Assembly: GCA_965223545.1 (NCBI GenBank)
Contig: OZ245006.1
Span: 1,504,001-1,568,000, forward strand
Source: Planctomycetota bacterium
Lineage (GTDB): Bacteria > Planctomycetota > UBA1135 > UBA2386
Length of the DNA: 64,000 nucleotides
Direction: 5' to 3'
Both the position numbers and the translations under genes were made by a program. Below the pieces are notes generated by a model. It saw nothing but the letters and a program-made list of their open reading frames with translations. It did not search any database and was not told where the DNA came from. Positions 30,102-41,103 of this stretch are shown piece by piece; the stretch's first letter is position 1, and each line of letters starts with the position of its first letter.

Positions 30102-30892
30102 GCGCCCCCGCCGTCCTCGTCCTGCGCGCCCCCGGCATCAACTGCGAGCGCGAGACCCACCACGCATTCGAGCGGGCAGGCGCGCGCTGCGAGTACGTCC
30201 ACGTCCAACGGCTGCTGGCCGAGCCGGACATGCTCGAGCGCTACGACATCCTGGCGGTGCCCGGCGGCTTCGCCTACGGCGACGACATCGCCTCCGGCGT
30301 CGTGCTCGCGCACGCGCTGAGACGGCACTGCGGCGACGCACTGCTGGCATTCATCGAACGCGGCGGCACCGCGCTCGGCATCTGCAACGGGTTTCAGGTG
30401 CTGGTCCGCTCCGGCCTGCTGCCGCGCCTCGGCGGCGGCCCGCTGCGCACGCAGGTCAGCCTGGCGCACAACTTGAGCAACCACTACGAGTGCCGGTGGG
30501 TCACGCTCGGCACGCTGCCCAACCGCTGCGTGTTCGTGCCGGAAGGGCTGACGCTGCGCTGCCCCGCGGCGCACGGCGAGGGCAACTTGACGGCCGCCGC
30601 CGAGGTCGGCGCCCAGCTCGACGACGGCTACCGAGTGTTCGCCTACCACGATGCCAGCGGCACACCGACGACGCGGTATCCCGACAACCCCAACGGCTCG
30701 GCGCACGGCACCGCCGGGCTGACCGACGTGACCGGCCGCGTCCTCGGCCTGATGCCACACCCCGACCGCGCCTACCTGGCACACCACATGCCCCACTGGC
30801 GCCGCGGTGCCTGGCCCGACGACGGCAACGGCGACGGCATGGAGCTCTTCGCCCAGATGGTGCGCGTCGCCGCCGGTGACCGCCACTCATGA
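30098..30892 (+). CDS. purQ: Phosphoribosylformylglycinamidine synthase glutaminase subunit PurQ
   Basis: PGINCERET, PGGFAYGDD, LGICNGFQ, AHGEG, NPNGS, LMPHPDR; ATGA overlap with purL. Confidence 0.93.
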   Translation: MSAPAVLVLRAPGINCERETHHAFERAGARCEYVHVQRLLAEPDMLERYDILAVPGGFAYGDDIASGVVLAHALRRHCGDALLAFIERGGTALGICNGFQVLVRSGLLPRLGGGPLRTQVSLAHNLSNHYECRWVTLGTLPNRCVFVPEGLTLRCPAAHGEGNLTAAAEVGAQLDDGYRVFAYHDASGTPTTRYPDNPNGSAHGTAGLTDVTGRVLGLMPHPDRAYLAHHMPHWRRGAWPDDGNGDGMELFAQMVRVAAGDRHS

Positions 30893-30915
30893 GGCCCGGC
30901 CCCCAAGAGCGCGAA

Positions 30916-31023
30916 ACGAACGTCGACGAAACGTACGGTGTCAGGCTCGATTTTCTCGCTTGGCGGCGGCCGCCGCCAAGCGAGAAAATCGAGCCTGACA
31001 CCGTACGTTTCGTCGACGTTCGT
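30916..31023. repeat. Perfect 108-bp palindrome (54-bp arms, no spacer)
   Basis: ACGAACGTCGACGAAACGTACGGTGTCAGGCTCGATTTTCTCGCTTGGCGGCGG followed by its exact reverse complement; centre at 30969/30970. Confidence 0.97.
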
Positions 31024-31037
31024 CTGCGGGGGGGGCG

Positions 31038-32621
31038 ATGAGCCAGGACGGGCCGGTCAAGATCAGCAAGCGGCTGATTCTGATCAACTCGGGTAGCTCG
31101 GTCGTACAGCGGATCATCAGCCTGACCGTCCTGCTTTGGCTGCAGCAGTGGCTGTGGGGCAAGGTCCACGAGGACGAGTACGCGGTCTACACCCTGCTGG
31201 TGCCGCTCATGGTGTTCGTGCCACTGCTCACGGGCATCCTGGGCGGAGCGCTGGCGCGCTTCGTCACCGTGGAGTACGCGCGCGGCAATCTGCGCGGCGT
31301 TACGCAAGTGACGTCCACCATGCTGCCGCTCTGCGTGGCCGGCGGCGTCTTGCTGCTGGTCGTCGGCCTGCCCGCCGCTTGGTTCATCGATGACTTGATC
31401 AACGTCGTCGAAGACCCGACCAACCCGGCTGCCGACCGCCTGCGGCGCGAGGCCCGCATCATGCTCGCGCTGATGGTCGTGATGGCGGCGGTGCGCACCG
31501 CGCTGATGCCGTACCGCCTCGGCCTCAACGTGACCCAGAAGTTCGTGCTGATGAACCTCATCGCGGTCGGCTCCGAGCTGGTGCGGATCGGCGTGCTGAT
31601 GGTACTCCTGTTCGGGGTCGACACGCGGGTGCTCTGGGTCATCGTGGCGGGCGTGCCGGCGACGGCACTGGACCTGATCCTCAGCAACGTCTGGTCTCGG
31701 CGGCTCGTACCGGCGCTTCGGTTCGAACGCGCCGCGTTTCGCCGCGACCTGTTCCGGCCGATCCTGACCTACGGCTGGTGGACCTTGTTGATCCGGCTCG
31801 CGGTGCTGCTGCGGGAGTCCTACAGCCAGATTCTGCTCAAGTTGGTTGCCGGCTCGACCGCGGTCGGCACGTTCGGCCTGGCATCGAGGTTCGACAACCA
31901 GATTCGCCGCAACGCGCTGATCATGACGCCGTCGATGCAGCCGGCGCTCACGGCGATGCACGCCACCGGCCAGCACGACCGCCTGCGCCGCGCGTTCTTT
32001 CGCTTCGGGCGTTACCTCATCTGGGTTTTCTTGCTCATCTCGGCGCCGTTCATCGCGTTCTGCGACACGATTTGGCTGCTCTACCTGGGAACGGAGGGGC
32101 TCGAGAAGGCACACGACGTCAGCGCGGTGATGATCGTGCTCCTGGCGCGCGTCGTGTTCTCATTCTTGCAAGCCCCGATCGCCACCATCTCGTTCGCCAC
32201 CGGCCACTCGCGCCCGCTCGGGCTGGCGGTCGCCGCGACCGAGCTGGTCGCCGCGATCGCCGTCACCTACGCGGTGCTGGTCGCCGACGGCGGTGCGCTC
32301 GGCATGGCGATCGCCATCACCGCGACCTCCATCATCGCCCAGCCCACCGTGTTCTGGCCGCTCGGTCTGCGCATGACCGGCGCACGCATGCCCGAGTTCG
32401 CGCGCCACGTGTTGGTGCCGGGCTTCGCGCCGCTGCTGCTCGCCGCACCCGTGTGGTGGGTGCTGTCGACCACGCTTTCGCCCCGCTTGGTTCCGACCCT
32501 GTTTGGCATCGCTGCCGGCGCTGTCGTGTTCGCCGCCGCCGTCGTCTATCTGCTGCCGGCCAACGAGCGCCAACAGCTGCTGGGGGTGTTCCGCCGTCGC
32601 CGGCCGGCCGATGCGCGCTAG
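31038..32621 (+). CDS. Wzx/MOP-superfamily polysaccharide flippase
   Basis: Roughly 12-14 hydrophobic segments; LINSGSSVV N-terminus, ALARFV, AVGTFGLA, PALTAMHATG pattern. Confidence 0.8.
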   Translation: MSQDGPVKISKRLILINSGSSVVQRIISLTVLLWLQQWLWGKVHEDEYAVYTLLVPLMVFVPLLTGILGGALARFVTVEYARGNLRGVTQVTSTMLPLCVAGGVLLLVVGLPAAWFIDDLINVVEDPTNPAADRLRREARIMLALMVVMAAVRTALMPYRLGLNVTQKFVLMNLIAVGSELVRIGVLMVLLFGVDTRVLWVIVAGVPATALDLILSNVWSRRLVPALRFERAAFRRDLFRPILTYGWWTLLIRLAVLLRESYSQILLKLVAGSTAVGTFGLASRFDNQIRRNALIMTPSMQPALTAMHATGQHDRLRRAFFRFGRYLIWVFLLISAPFIAFCDTIWLLYLGTEGLEKAHDVSAVMIVLLARVVFSFLQAPIATISFATGHSRPLGLAVAATELVAAIAVTYAVLVADGGALGMAIAITATSIIAQPTVFWPLGLRMTGARMPEFARHVLVPGFAPLLLAAPVWWVLSTTLSPRLVPTLFGIAAGAVVFAAAVVYLLPANERQQLLGVFRRRRPADAR

Positions 32622-32707
32622 TGGTGTGAATCAGAAATCTGCGGCATTCGTCGAGGCCATCCGCGGCCGTCGCGGCGTTGCCCAAGGATCCCGACTCGAG
32701 TCGATTG

Positions 32708-33682
32708 CTACGGCGCCTTGAGCAGGATCGACTTGAGCCGGCGGCGCAGCTCGGGGCTGATCGCCTCCTTGACGCTGGAGACGACGTTGGTCACCCCGTC
32801 GTAGGTCCGCAGCCGCAACGGCTTGCGCACCCGCGGAGTGATCCGCTCGTAGCCGATCCGGTCCATCGCCTCCTGCGCGATGTACTCGATGACGCGCACA
32901 TCGGCGGCCGCGACCTCGTCGCGCCACGCCTCGGCGCTGCCCTTGCGGATGAAACCCTGCGGGGCGTCGACCTTCTGCCGCATCTTGTCGATGGCACACT
33001 CGTCGTAGCAGCGCTGCGCGAGCTCGGCATCGGCCTCGAGGCCCAACCACTCGAACAACTCGAGCACGCCCGCCGCGCCGCCACTCAGCAAGTCCTCGTA
33101 ACGGACGTGCTTGTAGCGATCGGTCTGCTGCGCCAGCTCGACTCCCATCGCGTCGTACTCACACCAGCGCCGCGCCAGGTGAACGGCACTGCCGGTGAAG
33201 CCGTTCTCCTTGGCCCAGCTCTTGAGCGCCTTGCGCCAGGACGCGAACACGGCGCGCGGGTCGCGCACGATGTGCAGGAAGTACGCGTCCGGGTACATCC
33301 GCAGGATGAGCTCGTGGAAACCGAGGTTCTCCGCGGTCTGGTCCGCGACCACTTGCGTGCCGGGCTGCACGGCGGCGATCTTGTCGTAGACGATGTCCGC
33401 GATCCGCCGCGCCATGTCGTAGTAGTTGTCCGACCCCAGGGTATCGGGCAGCTTGCGGTGGTTGATCGGCGCCTCGCCGGTCGCCGCGTTGGCGCCGGTG
33501 ATCACCCGCCGGCCCCAGCCGCGGTTGTTGTGCCACCAGGCCTCCAACGGCTCGATGGCGTGGAACAGACCCACCTGCTGCGCGCCGACGACGGCGGGGT
33601 GCTCGGCGAGGAGATACATCGCCCAAGTGGTGCCACTGCGCGGGCAGCCCACCACGAACACACGCTTCAGCGGAGCGGTCAT
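32708..33682 (-). CDS. PAPS-dependent sulfotransferase
   Basis: FVVGCPRSGTT (5'PSB), HIVRDPRAVFAS (3'PB), VRYEDL, FIRKGSAEAW. Confidence 0.92.
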   Translation of the reverse strand: MTAPLKRVFVVGCPRSGTTWAMYLLAEHPAVVGAQQVGLFHAIEPLEAWWHNNRGWGRRVITGANAATGEAPINHRKLPDTLGSDNYYDMARRIADIVYDKIAAVQPGTQVVADQTAENLGFHELILRMYPDAYFLHIVRDPRAVFASWRKALKSWAKENGFTGSAVHLARRWCEYDAMGVELAQQTDRYKHVRYEDLLSGGAAGVLELFEWLGLEADAELAQRCYDECAIDKMRQKVDAPQGFIRKGSAEAWRDEVAAADVRVIEYIAQEAMDRIGYERITPRVRKPLRLRTYDGVTNVVSSVKEAISPELRRRLKSILLKAP

Positions 33683-33775
33683 GCGGCCAGGAAGGTTACA
33701 CCGGCCCCCCGGCCCACGCGGGCGATTCCCACCGGCACCATCGGATCCACCGCCGGCCGCGCCGGCTCCCGGCCG

Positions 33776-35194
<1,419 letters not shown>

Positions 35195-35200
35195 CGCCGC

Positions 35201-35653
35201 TCAGGCGCCGGCCTCGGCCGCCGACACGCACTCCCGGCAGTGGCCGAACAGCTTGAGGCTGTGGCTGTCGATGCGGAACCCGTGCCGCTCAGCGGCCAGC
35301 TCCTGCCGCCGCTCGAGCTCGTCGTCGCGGAACTCGATGATGCACCCACAGCGGGTGCAGACCATGTGGTCGTGGTGCGGATGGCCCAGCACGTGCTCGA
35401 ACTTGCGGCCGCCGTCTCCCGTGTCCAAGCCCTCGACGAAGCCGGCCTCCTCCAGCATCGACAGAGTGCGGTAGACGGTCGCCCGCGACACTCCGGAGTC
35501 ACGCTGCTGGCACGCCGCCAGCAGCTCGTCCGCGGTGAAGTGCGCGTGGGTGTCGAACGCCATCTCGGCAATCAAGCGCCGCTGTGGCGTCCAGCGCAAC
35601 CCTTGGCTGCGCATGTGCTGCTCGACCACCCGCAGCTCGTCGGCCTGGTCCAT
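35201..35653 (-). CDS. Fur-family transcriptional regulator
   Basis: TPQRRLI, HFTADEL, SRATVYRTL, HHDHMVCTRCG, GHCREC. Confidence 0.92.
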   Translation of the reverse strand: MDQADELRVVEQHMRSQGLRWTPQRRLIAEMAFDTHAHFTADELLAACQQRDSGVSRATVYRTLSMLEEAGFVEGLDTGDGGRKFEHVLGHPHHDHMVCTRCGCIIEFRDDELERRQELAAERHGFRIDSHSLKLFGHCRECVSAAEAGA

Positions 35654-35686
35654 CGCCGCCCACAATAGCGAGCGGCGCGGCGCGGT

Positions 35687-36958
35687 TCACGACCCACCAC
35701 CGGCAATGTCGCGCCGGTAGTGGATGCCGCGGAAGTCGATTTGCTCGAGCGCCGCGTAGGCGCGCTGCCGCGCCGCCTCCACGGTGTCACCCAGCGCGGT
35801 CACCGACAGCACGCGGCCGCCCGCCGTGACCAGGTCCCCGCCGCGCCGCGCGGTTCCGCTGTGGAACACCTGCAGGTCGGGGCCGGTGTCGACCGCATCC
35901 AGGCCGCTGATCGACAGCCCCTTGCGGTAGTCGCCGGGATATCCCTCGCTGGTCGCCATCACGCAGACCGCCGGCCGCGGGTCCCAGCGCGGCGCCTCCA
36001 GCTGATCGAGCGTGCCCCGCGCCGCGTGCAGCATCAGCGGCACCAGATCGGACTGCAGCCGCATCAACAGCGGCTGGGTCTCGGGGTCGCCCAGCCGGCA
36101 GTTGAACTCGAGCACCCGCGGCCCGGAGCCGGTCAGCATCAAGCCGGCGTACAGAAAGCCCTGAAAGCGGCGCCCCTCGCGGTTGAGGCCGTGCACCGCG
36201 GGCACCAGCACTTGGTTCTCGATCTGCTGCAGGGCGCGCGACGCCACCGAGGGCACCGGGGAGTACGCCCCCATGCCGCCCGTGTTGGGGCCAGCGTCGC
36301 CATCGTTCACCGCCTTGTGATCGCGGGCCGGCTCGAACGGCACGATCGTGGTGCCGTCGGTCAGCGTCATCACCGACAGCTCCCGCCCCTCGAGACACTC
36401 CTCGATCACCACCGTGCTGCCGGCGTCGCCGTAGCGGCGATCCTCCATCAGCTCGCGCACCGCGCGCTGCGCCTCGGCCGTCGAGCGCGCCACCACGACC
36501 CCCTTGCCCGCCGCCAAGCCGGACGCCTTGACGACGATCGGGCCTTCGGCGCGGTTCTCGAGGAAAGCCAGCGCCTGGCCGGCGCGCTCGAACACCCAAA
36601 ACGCCGGCGACGGGATCTTGTTGCGGCGGCACAGCTCGCGGGCGAACACCTTGCTGCCCTCGACCTCGGCCGCGCCGCGGTTGGGCCCGAACGCGGTCAG
36701 ACCGGCCGCGGTCAGCCGATCGACGAGCCCCGCGCACAGGGGATCCTCGGGGCCGACCACGGTGAGGCCGACCTCGTGCTCGCGCGCGAAGTTGCAGATC
36801 GCATCCAGATCGTCGGCCGCGATGTCGACGCACTCGGCGATGGCGGCAATGCCGCCGTTGCCCGGTGCACAGTAGATCTTGTCGACCATCGGCGACTGCG
36901 CGATCTTCCAGCACAGGGCGTGCTCGCGCCCGCCACCGCCGACCACCAGAACGTCCAT
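35687..36958 (-). CDS. purD: Phosphoribosylamine-glycine ligase
   Basis: VLVVGGGGREHAL, APGNGG, VGPEDPL, GLAAGKGV, GPNTGGMGAY, EFNCRLGDPETQ. Confidence 0.97.
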   Translation of the reverse strand: MDVLVVGGGGREHALCWKIAQSPMVDKIYCAPGNGGIAAIAECVDIAADDLDAICNFAREHEVGLTVVGPEDPLCAGLVDRLTAAGLTAFGPNRGAAEVEGSKVFARELCRRNKIPSPAFWVFERAGQALAFLENRAEGPIVVKASGLAAGKGVVVARSTAEAQRAVRELMEDRRYGDAGSTVVIEECLEGRELSVMTLTDGTTIVPFEPARDHKAVNDGDAGPNTGGMGAYSPVPSVASRALQQIENQVLVPAVHGLNREGRRFQGFLYAGLMLTGSGPRVLEFNCRLGDPETQPLLMRLQSDLVPLMLHAARGTLDQLEAPRWDPRPAVCVMATSEGYPGDYRKGLSISGLDAVDTGPDLQVFHSGTARRGGDLVTAGGRVLSVTALGDTVEAARQRAYAALEQIDFRGIHYRRDIAGGGS

Positions 36959-36990
36959 GGGCGGGATCTTAGCAAGCCGGTGCGCGGCGG

Positions 36991-37821
36991 TCACGCCACC
37001 GGCGCGCGGCGATAGACGCCGAGCAGGCACCGCTCCGGGTAGCCGAGGCGGAGCTTGCGCAGCCCGGTCCGGGCCAGCAGCTCTCCCCACTGCAAGAGCC
37101 GGAACCGGCCAAAGGTCCGGCAGTCATCGAGCTCGGCGAACAGCTCCTCGTCGAACCCTCCGCCGGCGAACACCGCCGCCAGGCTGCGCCGGGTGTTCAT
37201 CCGAAACCTGGTCGGGAAGGTGTCGCGCTTCTCGGTGCGCCACAGCACGCGCTTGACCGGCTGGTGCAGCCAGAACGGCACCAGCGCGGTCAGCAGCGGC
37301 ACCGGACTGAACCTGTTGACGGTGTAGACCACCACGCGGCCCCCCGGCCGCACGCACCGCCGCAGCGAGGCCACCACCGCGGCTGGGTCGTCGACGTGCT
37401 CGGCGACCATGCGCATCGTCACCAGATCGAAGTCCTCGCCGCCGGGATAGTCGTCGATCGTGCCCTGCACGCGCTCGTGGACGAACGGGTTCTCCTGCAG
37501 GGTCGGCGCCGGATCGACGCCGACCAACCGCGCGCACCGCTCGGCCAGGATCGCCGCCAACGGATGATTGCTGGGGAACAGATCGCGGCCACAGCCGACG
37601 TCGAGCCAGCAGGTCTGCTCGGTGACCAGGGAGTCGAGCAACGCCTCGTAGACGTCGTCCGGGGTGTAGTAGTCGAACCGCCGGCGCAGGCGCGGCGCCC
37701 AGCCGGTCTCGGCCGGATCACCGTACTTGAGTCCGAACAAGGCAGAGAGCGCCGCGTGGTCCGGCAGCCGGACCGCCTCAGGTCGTGGTGTCACGCGCGC
37801 CGGGGCCGGGGAAACACTCAT
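36991..37821 (-). CDS. Class I SAM-dependent methyltransferase
   Basis: WLDVGCGR, LVGVD, FDLVTMRMVAEHV, RPGG. Confidence 0.85.
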   Translation of the reverse strand: MSVSPAPARVTPRPEAVRLPDHAALSALFGLKYGDPAETGWAPRLRRRFDYYTPDDVYEALLDSLVTEQTCWLDVGCGRDLFPSNHPLAAILAERCARLVGVDPAPTLQENPFVHERVQGTIDDYPGGEDFDLVTMRMVAEHVDDPAAVVASLRRCVRPGGRVVVYTVNRFSPVPLLTALVPFWLHQPVKRVLWRTEKRDTFPTRFRMNTRRSLAAVFAGGGFDEELFAELDDCRTFGRFRLLQWGELLARTGLRKLRLGYPERCLLGVYRRAPVA

Positions 37822-38752
37822 CGATGCGGGCCATGACCTCGGGGGAGAGCTCCACGTCGACGGCAGCGGCGTTCTCCTCCAGCTGCTCGATCGAGGTGGC
37901 GCCGATGATGACGCTGTTGACTTCCGGCCGGCGAAGGCAGAACGCCAGCGCCAGCTGACTCGGTGTGCACCCCGCGCTGGCCGCGATCTCGACCAGCTGC
38001 CCGGCGCGCGCCACGTTGGCGTCGGTCAGGTAGTGGTGGATGAACTGGTTGGCCTTGGCGTTGGCGGCGCGCGAGTCCGCCGGCGGTGCGGCGCCGGCGC
38101 GGTACTTGCCGCTCAGCACGCCCTGCGCCAGCGGCGAGAACACGACCTGACCGACGCCCACCTCCGCCGAGGCCGGCATCACCTCGTCCTCGATCTCGCG
38201 GCGCAGCAGGTTGTATGGCGGCTGGTTGGACACCGGCGGGTGCATGCCGCGGTCGCGGCACATCTGCACCGCCTGCACGATCAAGCGCGCGGGCCAATAG
38301 CTGACGCCCCAGTACAGGATCACGCCCTGCCGCACCAGATCGTCCATCGCCATCACCGTCTCGTCCAGCGGTGTCGCCGGATCCGGCCGATGGCACTGGT
38401 ACAGATCGAGGTACTCCAACTCCAGCCGGCGCAGCGATTGGTGCACCGACTCGACGATGTGCTTGCGCGACAAGCCGCGGTCGTTGACGTCGTCGCTCAT
38501 CGGGAAGAAGCACTTGCTGGCGACGACCAGGCGCTCGCGCCGCAGCCCGCGGATCGCCTGACCCAGCGCGCGCTCGCCCTCACCGGTGTTGTAGACGTCG
38601 GCGGTGTCGAAGAAGTTGATGCCGAGCTCGAACGCCCGGCGCACCAGCGTGTCGCTGCTGCGCTGCTCGATGGCGTTGCCGATCGTCAGCCACGAGCCCA
38701 GGCTGACCCGGCTGACGACCAGGCCGCTGCGGCCGAGATTGGAGTACTGCAT
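37778..38752 (-). CDS. Aldo/keto reductase (Kv-beta-like)
   Basis: MQYSNLGRSGLVVSRVSLGSW, FDTADVY, ASKC, YLDLYQCHRPD, SPLAQGVLSGKY. Confidence 0.93.
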   Translation of the reverse strand: MQYSNLGRSGLVVSRVSLGSWLTIGNAIEQRSSDTLVRRAFELGINFFDTADVYNTGEGERALGQAIRGLRRERLVVASKCFFPMSDDVNDRGLSRKHIVESVHQSLRRLELEYLDLYQCHRPDPATPLDETVMAMDDLVRQGVILYWGVSYWPARLIVQAVQMCRDRGMHPPVSNQPPYNLLRREIEDEVMPASAEVGVGQVVFSPLAQGVLSGKYRAGAAPPADSRAANAKANQFIHHYLTDANVARAGQLVEIAASAGCTPSQLALAFCLRRPEVNSVIIGATSIEQLEENAAAVDVELSPEVMARIDECFPGPGARDTTT

Positions 38753-38784
38753 GGTGCGGGGCTTCGAGCGCCGCGGACGCGTCC

Positions 38785-40122
38785 CTACAGGAACGCGTCG
38801 CCGGCCGGCGCTCCTTCGGGTGCGTCGAGAACCAAGGCGTCGAGGTCGTCGTCGGATTCCACCAGCTGCTCGATCCACCAATTGGTGCCGTTGTACAGGC
38901 AGGTCACTTCGCGACACTCGCAGCTGGCGTCGAACTGATCCAGCTGCACCGCCGTGCGGCCGGCGGCCCGATCGGCGCTCCCGCCGCTGCTGTAGATGTC
39001 CTTCTCGCCGATGCGCGCCCGCTCGACGCCGCGGTAGGCGGGACAGTTGTAGACGCCCAGCGGAGTCACCACCTGACGCAGGGCCTGCATGTGGCAGGTC
39101 TTTGGCTGGTGGGTGAAGTCGTGCCAGGTATCGCGCATCAGCAGGCGCAGGTTGGTGCTCTCCAGCACCCGGAAGCCGTCGCGCTGGTAGGTCCGCGCCT
39201 CGGCGAGCGCGGTGCCGATGCGCCGCCGCACTTCCTCGAGCAAGGCCTCGGCCTGCTCGGGGTCCATGATCTCGGAGCCGCTGTCGCTGCGCACCAGGAA
39301 TGGCTTGAACGAGATGTAGTTGAAGCCGGCATCGCGCGCGCGCCGCGTCGCCATCACCATCTCGTCGATGTTCTCGACCACCTTGACGTCGTCGCGGGTC
39401 GCCCCGCGCCAGGTGATGATGAACGAGTAGCCCAGGTCGAAGTCGGGGTTCGCCGCCTTGATGCGCGGCCCCCAGCCGCAGATCTCGTCGAGGTCCAGCG
39501 TCGGCTTGGACGGGTTGTGCATGGCGCGGAACGTCGCGTTGCTGCCCGAGTCGAGCGACAGCCGCACCCAATCGCCCCGGGTCAACACCGGCGCGACCTG
39601 CAGGATGCGGTCATTGCGACTGCCGTTGCTGACGATCGCCACCTGCAGCCGCAGGCGCTTGAGGTGCTCGACGAAGGAGACGAAACCCGGGTACAGCGTC
39701 GGCTCGCCGCCACCGATGAGGATCACGCTGCGCAGGCCGCGCTCCGCCATGGTCTGCATCGCGTCGCGCAGCGCCTGGTCCTCGTGCTTGATCTTGCTGT
39801 TGAGGATGTCCCAGTCGATGCAGTGGTCGCACCGGTAGTTGCACGCGGTGGTGAGGTCGAGGTTGATCGACAGCGGCGCCCGCGCCGGCACCGGCGGCGG
39901 CGGCTCGCCGGCGGCCCGCGCCGCCCGCTGCGCCCTCTGCCAGCGGACGTACTCGGCGACCTGCGGCCACAGCTGCGGCTGGCGCAGCTTGCCGGTGAAG
40001 TCGTGCACGGCCTCGACCCGGACCGCGCCGGTGTCAGCCGCCGGCGTCCCAGGCGTCGATGACGGCGCTGTAGAGCCTGGCGCGCTCGACGATGTCTCGG
40101 GCATGGGTTCGCGTTCGCTCAT
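38785..40122 (-). CDS. Radical SAM protein with C-terminal Cys-rich (SPASM/twitch-like) region; start uncertain (40122, 40104 or GTG 40008)
   Basis: CNYRCDHC, GGGEP, SNG, RLSLDSG; C-terminal TCHMQ...YNCP...CECREVTC. Confidence 0.88.
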   Translation of the reverse strand: MSEREPMPETSSSAPGSTAPSSTPGTPAADTGAVRVEAVHDFTGKLRQPQLWPQVAEYVRWQRAQRAARAAGEPPPPVPARAPLSINLDLTTACNYRCDHCIDWDILNSKIKHEDQALRDAMQTMAERGLRSVILIGGGEPTLYPGFVSFVEHLKRLRLQVAIVSNGSRNDRILQVAPVLTRGDWVRLSLDSGSNATFRAMHNPSKPTLDLDEICGWGPRIKAANPDFDLGYSFIITWRGATRDDVKVVENIDEMVMATRRARDAGFNYISFKPFLVRSDSGSEIMDPEQAEALLEEVRRRIGTALAEARTYQRDGFRVLESTNLRLLMRDTWHDFTHQPKTCHMQALRQVVTPLGVYNCPAYRGVERARIGEKDIYSSGGSADRAAGRTAVQLDQFDASCECREVTCLYNGTNWWIEQLVESDDDLDALVLDAPEGAPAGDAFL

Positions 40123-40996
40123 CGTCCGGCTCCCTCACTCCTCGCACAAAGTCCGCCACCAGCTCGCCCAGCGGATCGGGCACCGGCACCTCGCCGGTGG
40201 CCGCACGGTAGACGAGTGAGTAATCATCAGGGTCGATGCGCCGCTCGATCCGAGCGCCGTCGATCGCGATCCACTGCGGTCGCGGCTGCGCGGCGCGGAC
40301 GGCAAGATACAAGGTCGCGTGCAGCCGGGGGAAGGGAGTTTCGAGCTCCAGGTCGACGCGCGCGCGATCGGCGTCCGCGGCGACGCCGTCGACGGCCACG
40401 CGCACCACGCGGGTGGCCTCGGTGACCGGCACCAGCGCCTGCACGACGCTGATCAGGTGAGAGACGCTGTCGACCACCATCGCCCGCCCCGGTGCGCTCG
40501 GTGCCATCAGCATCTCGAGCCGCGTGGGCGGCGCCTGGCGAACGCCGGGGTGCAAGGCGTCGTAGGCGGGCAGCACGTAGGGCAGCTGACAATTCTCGCG
40601 CAGCGGCAAACGGCGCCGAACGAAGCCGCCCACCAGCTCCGCCAGCCGCCCGTGCGCCGCCGGATCCACCAGCGGCTTCTCGCACAGCGCCGGCACGCCG
40701 GCGGCCAGCGCCGCGCGCAGCGCGGTTTCGTGCGCCTCGATCGGGGCGGCGATCACGAGTGCGTCCAAGGGGGTGCTGCACAGCATGGTCACCAGGTCGG
40801 TGTGGGGCTCGACGGACTCGTCGAGTGCCGCGCCGAGCGCGCGCGCGTCGGCGGCGGTTCGCTCCGGATCGCGGCCGGCCACCGCGACCAGCTGCGCGCC
40901 GGCCGCCCGCATCTCTCGCGCCAAGAAAGGTCCCAGACCATTGCGGCGCCGACCGGGACCGACCAGCCCGTAGCGCACGCCCTGCACCGCCGTCAT
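40034..40996 (-). CDS. Gfo/Idh/MocA-family oxidoreductase
   Basis: Rossmann-like start RYGLVG, DALVIAAP, ALCEKPL, DSVSH. Confidence 0.8.
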   Translation of the reverse strand: MTAVQGVRYGLVGPGRRRNGLGPFLAREMRAAGAQLVAVAGRDPERTAADARALGAALDESVEPHTDLVTMLCSTPLDALVIAAPIEAHETALRAALAAGVPALCEKPLVDPAAHGRLAELVGGFVRRRLPLRENCQLPYVLPAYDALHPGVRQAPPTRLEMLMAPSAPGRAMVVDSVSHLISVVQALVPVTEATRVVRVAVDGVAADADRARVDLELETPFPRLHATLYLAVRAAQPRPQWIAIDGARIERRIDPDDYSLVYRAATGEVPVPDPLGELVADFVRGVREPDDERTRTHARDIVERARLYSAVIDAWDAGG

Positions 40997-41103
40997 CGCC
41001 CGGCAAGATAGCCGACCAGCAGCGCCACTCACAAGCGTTTCGCCGCGACCGCGGCGGCATTCGGCACTGGAGTCGGCGCGGGGCTTGGGTTAAGCCACGC
41101 GGC

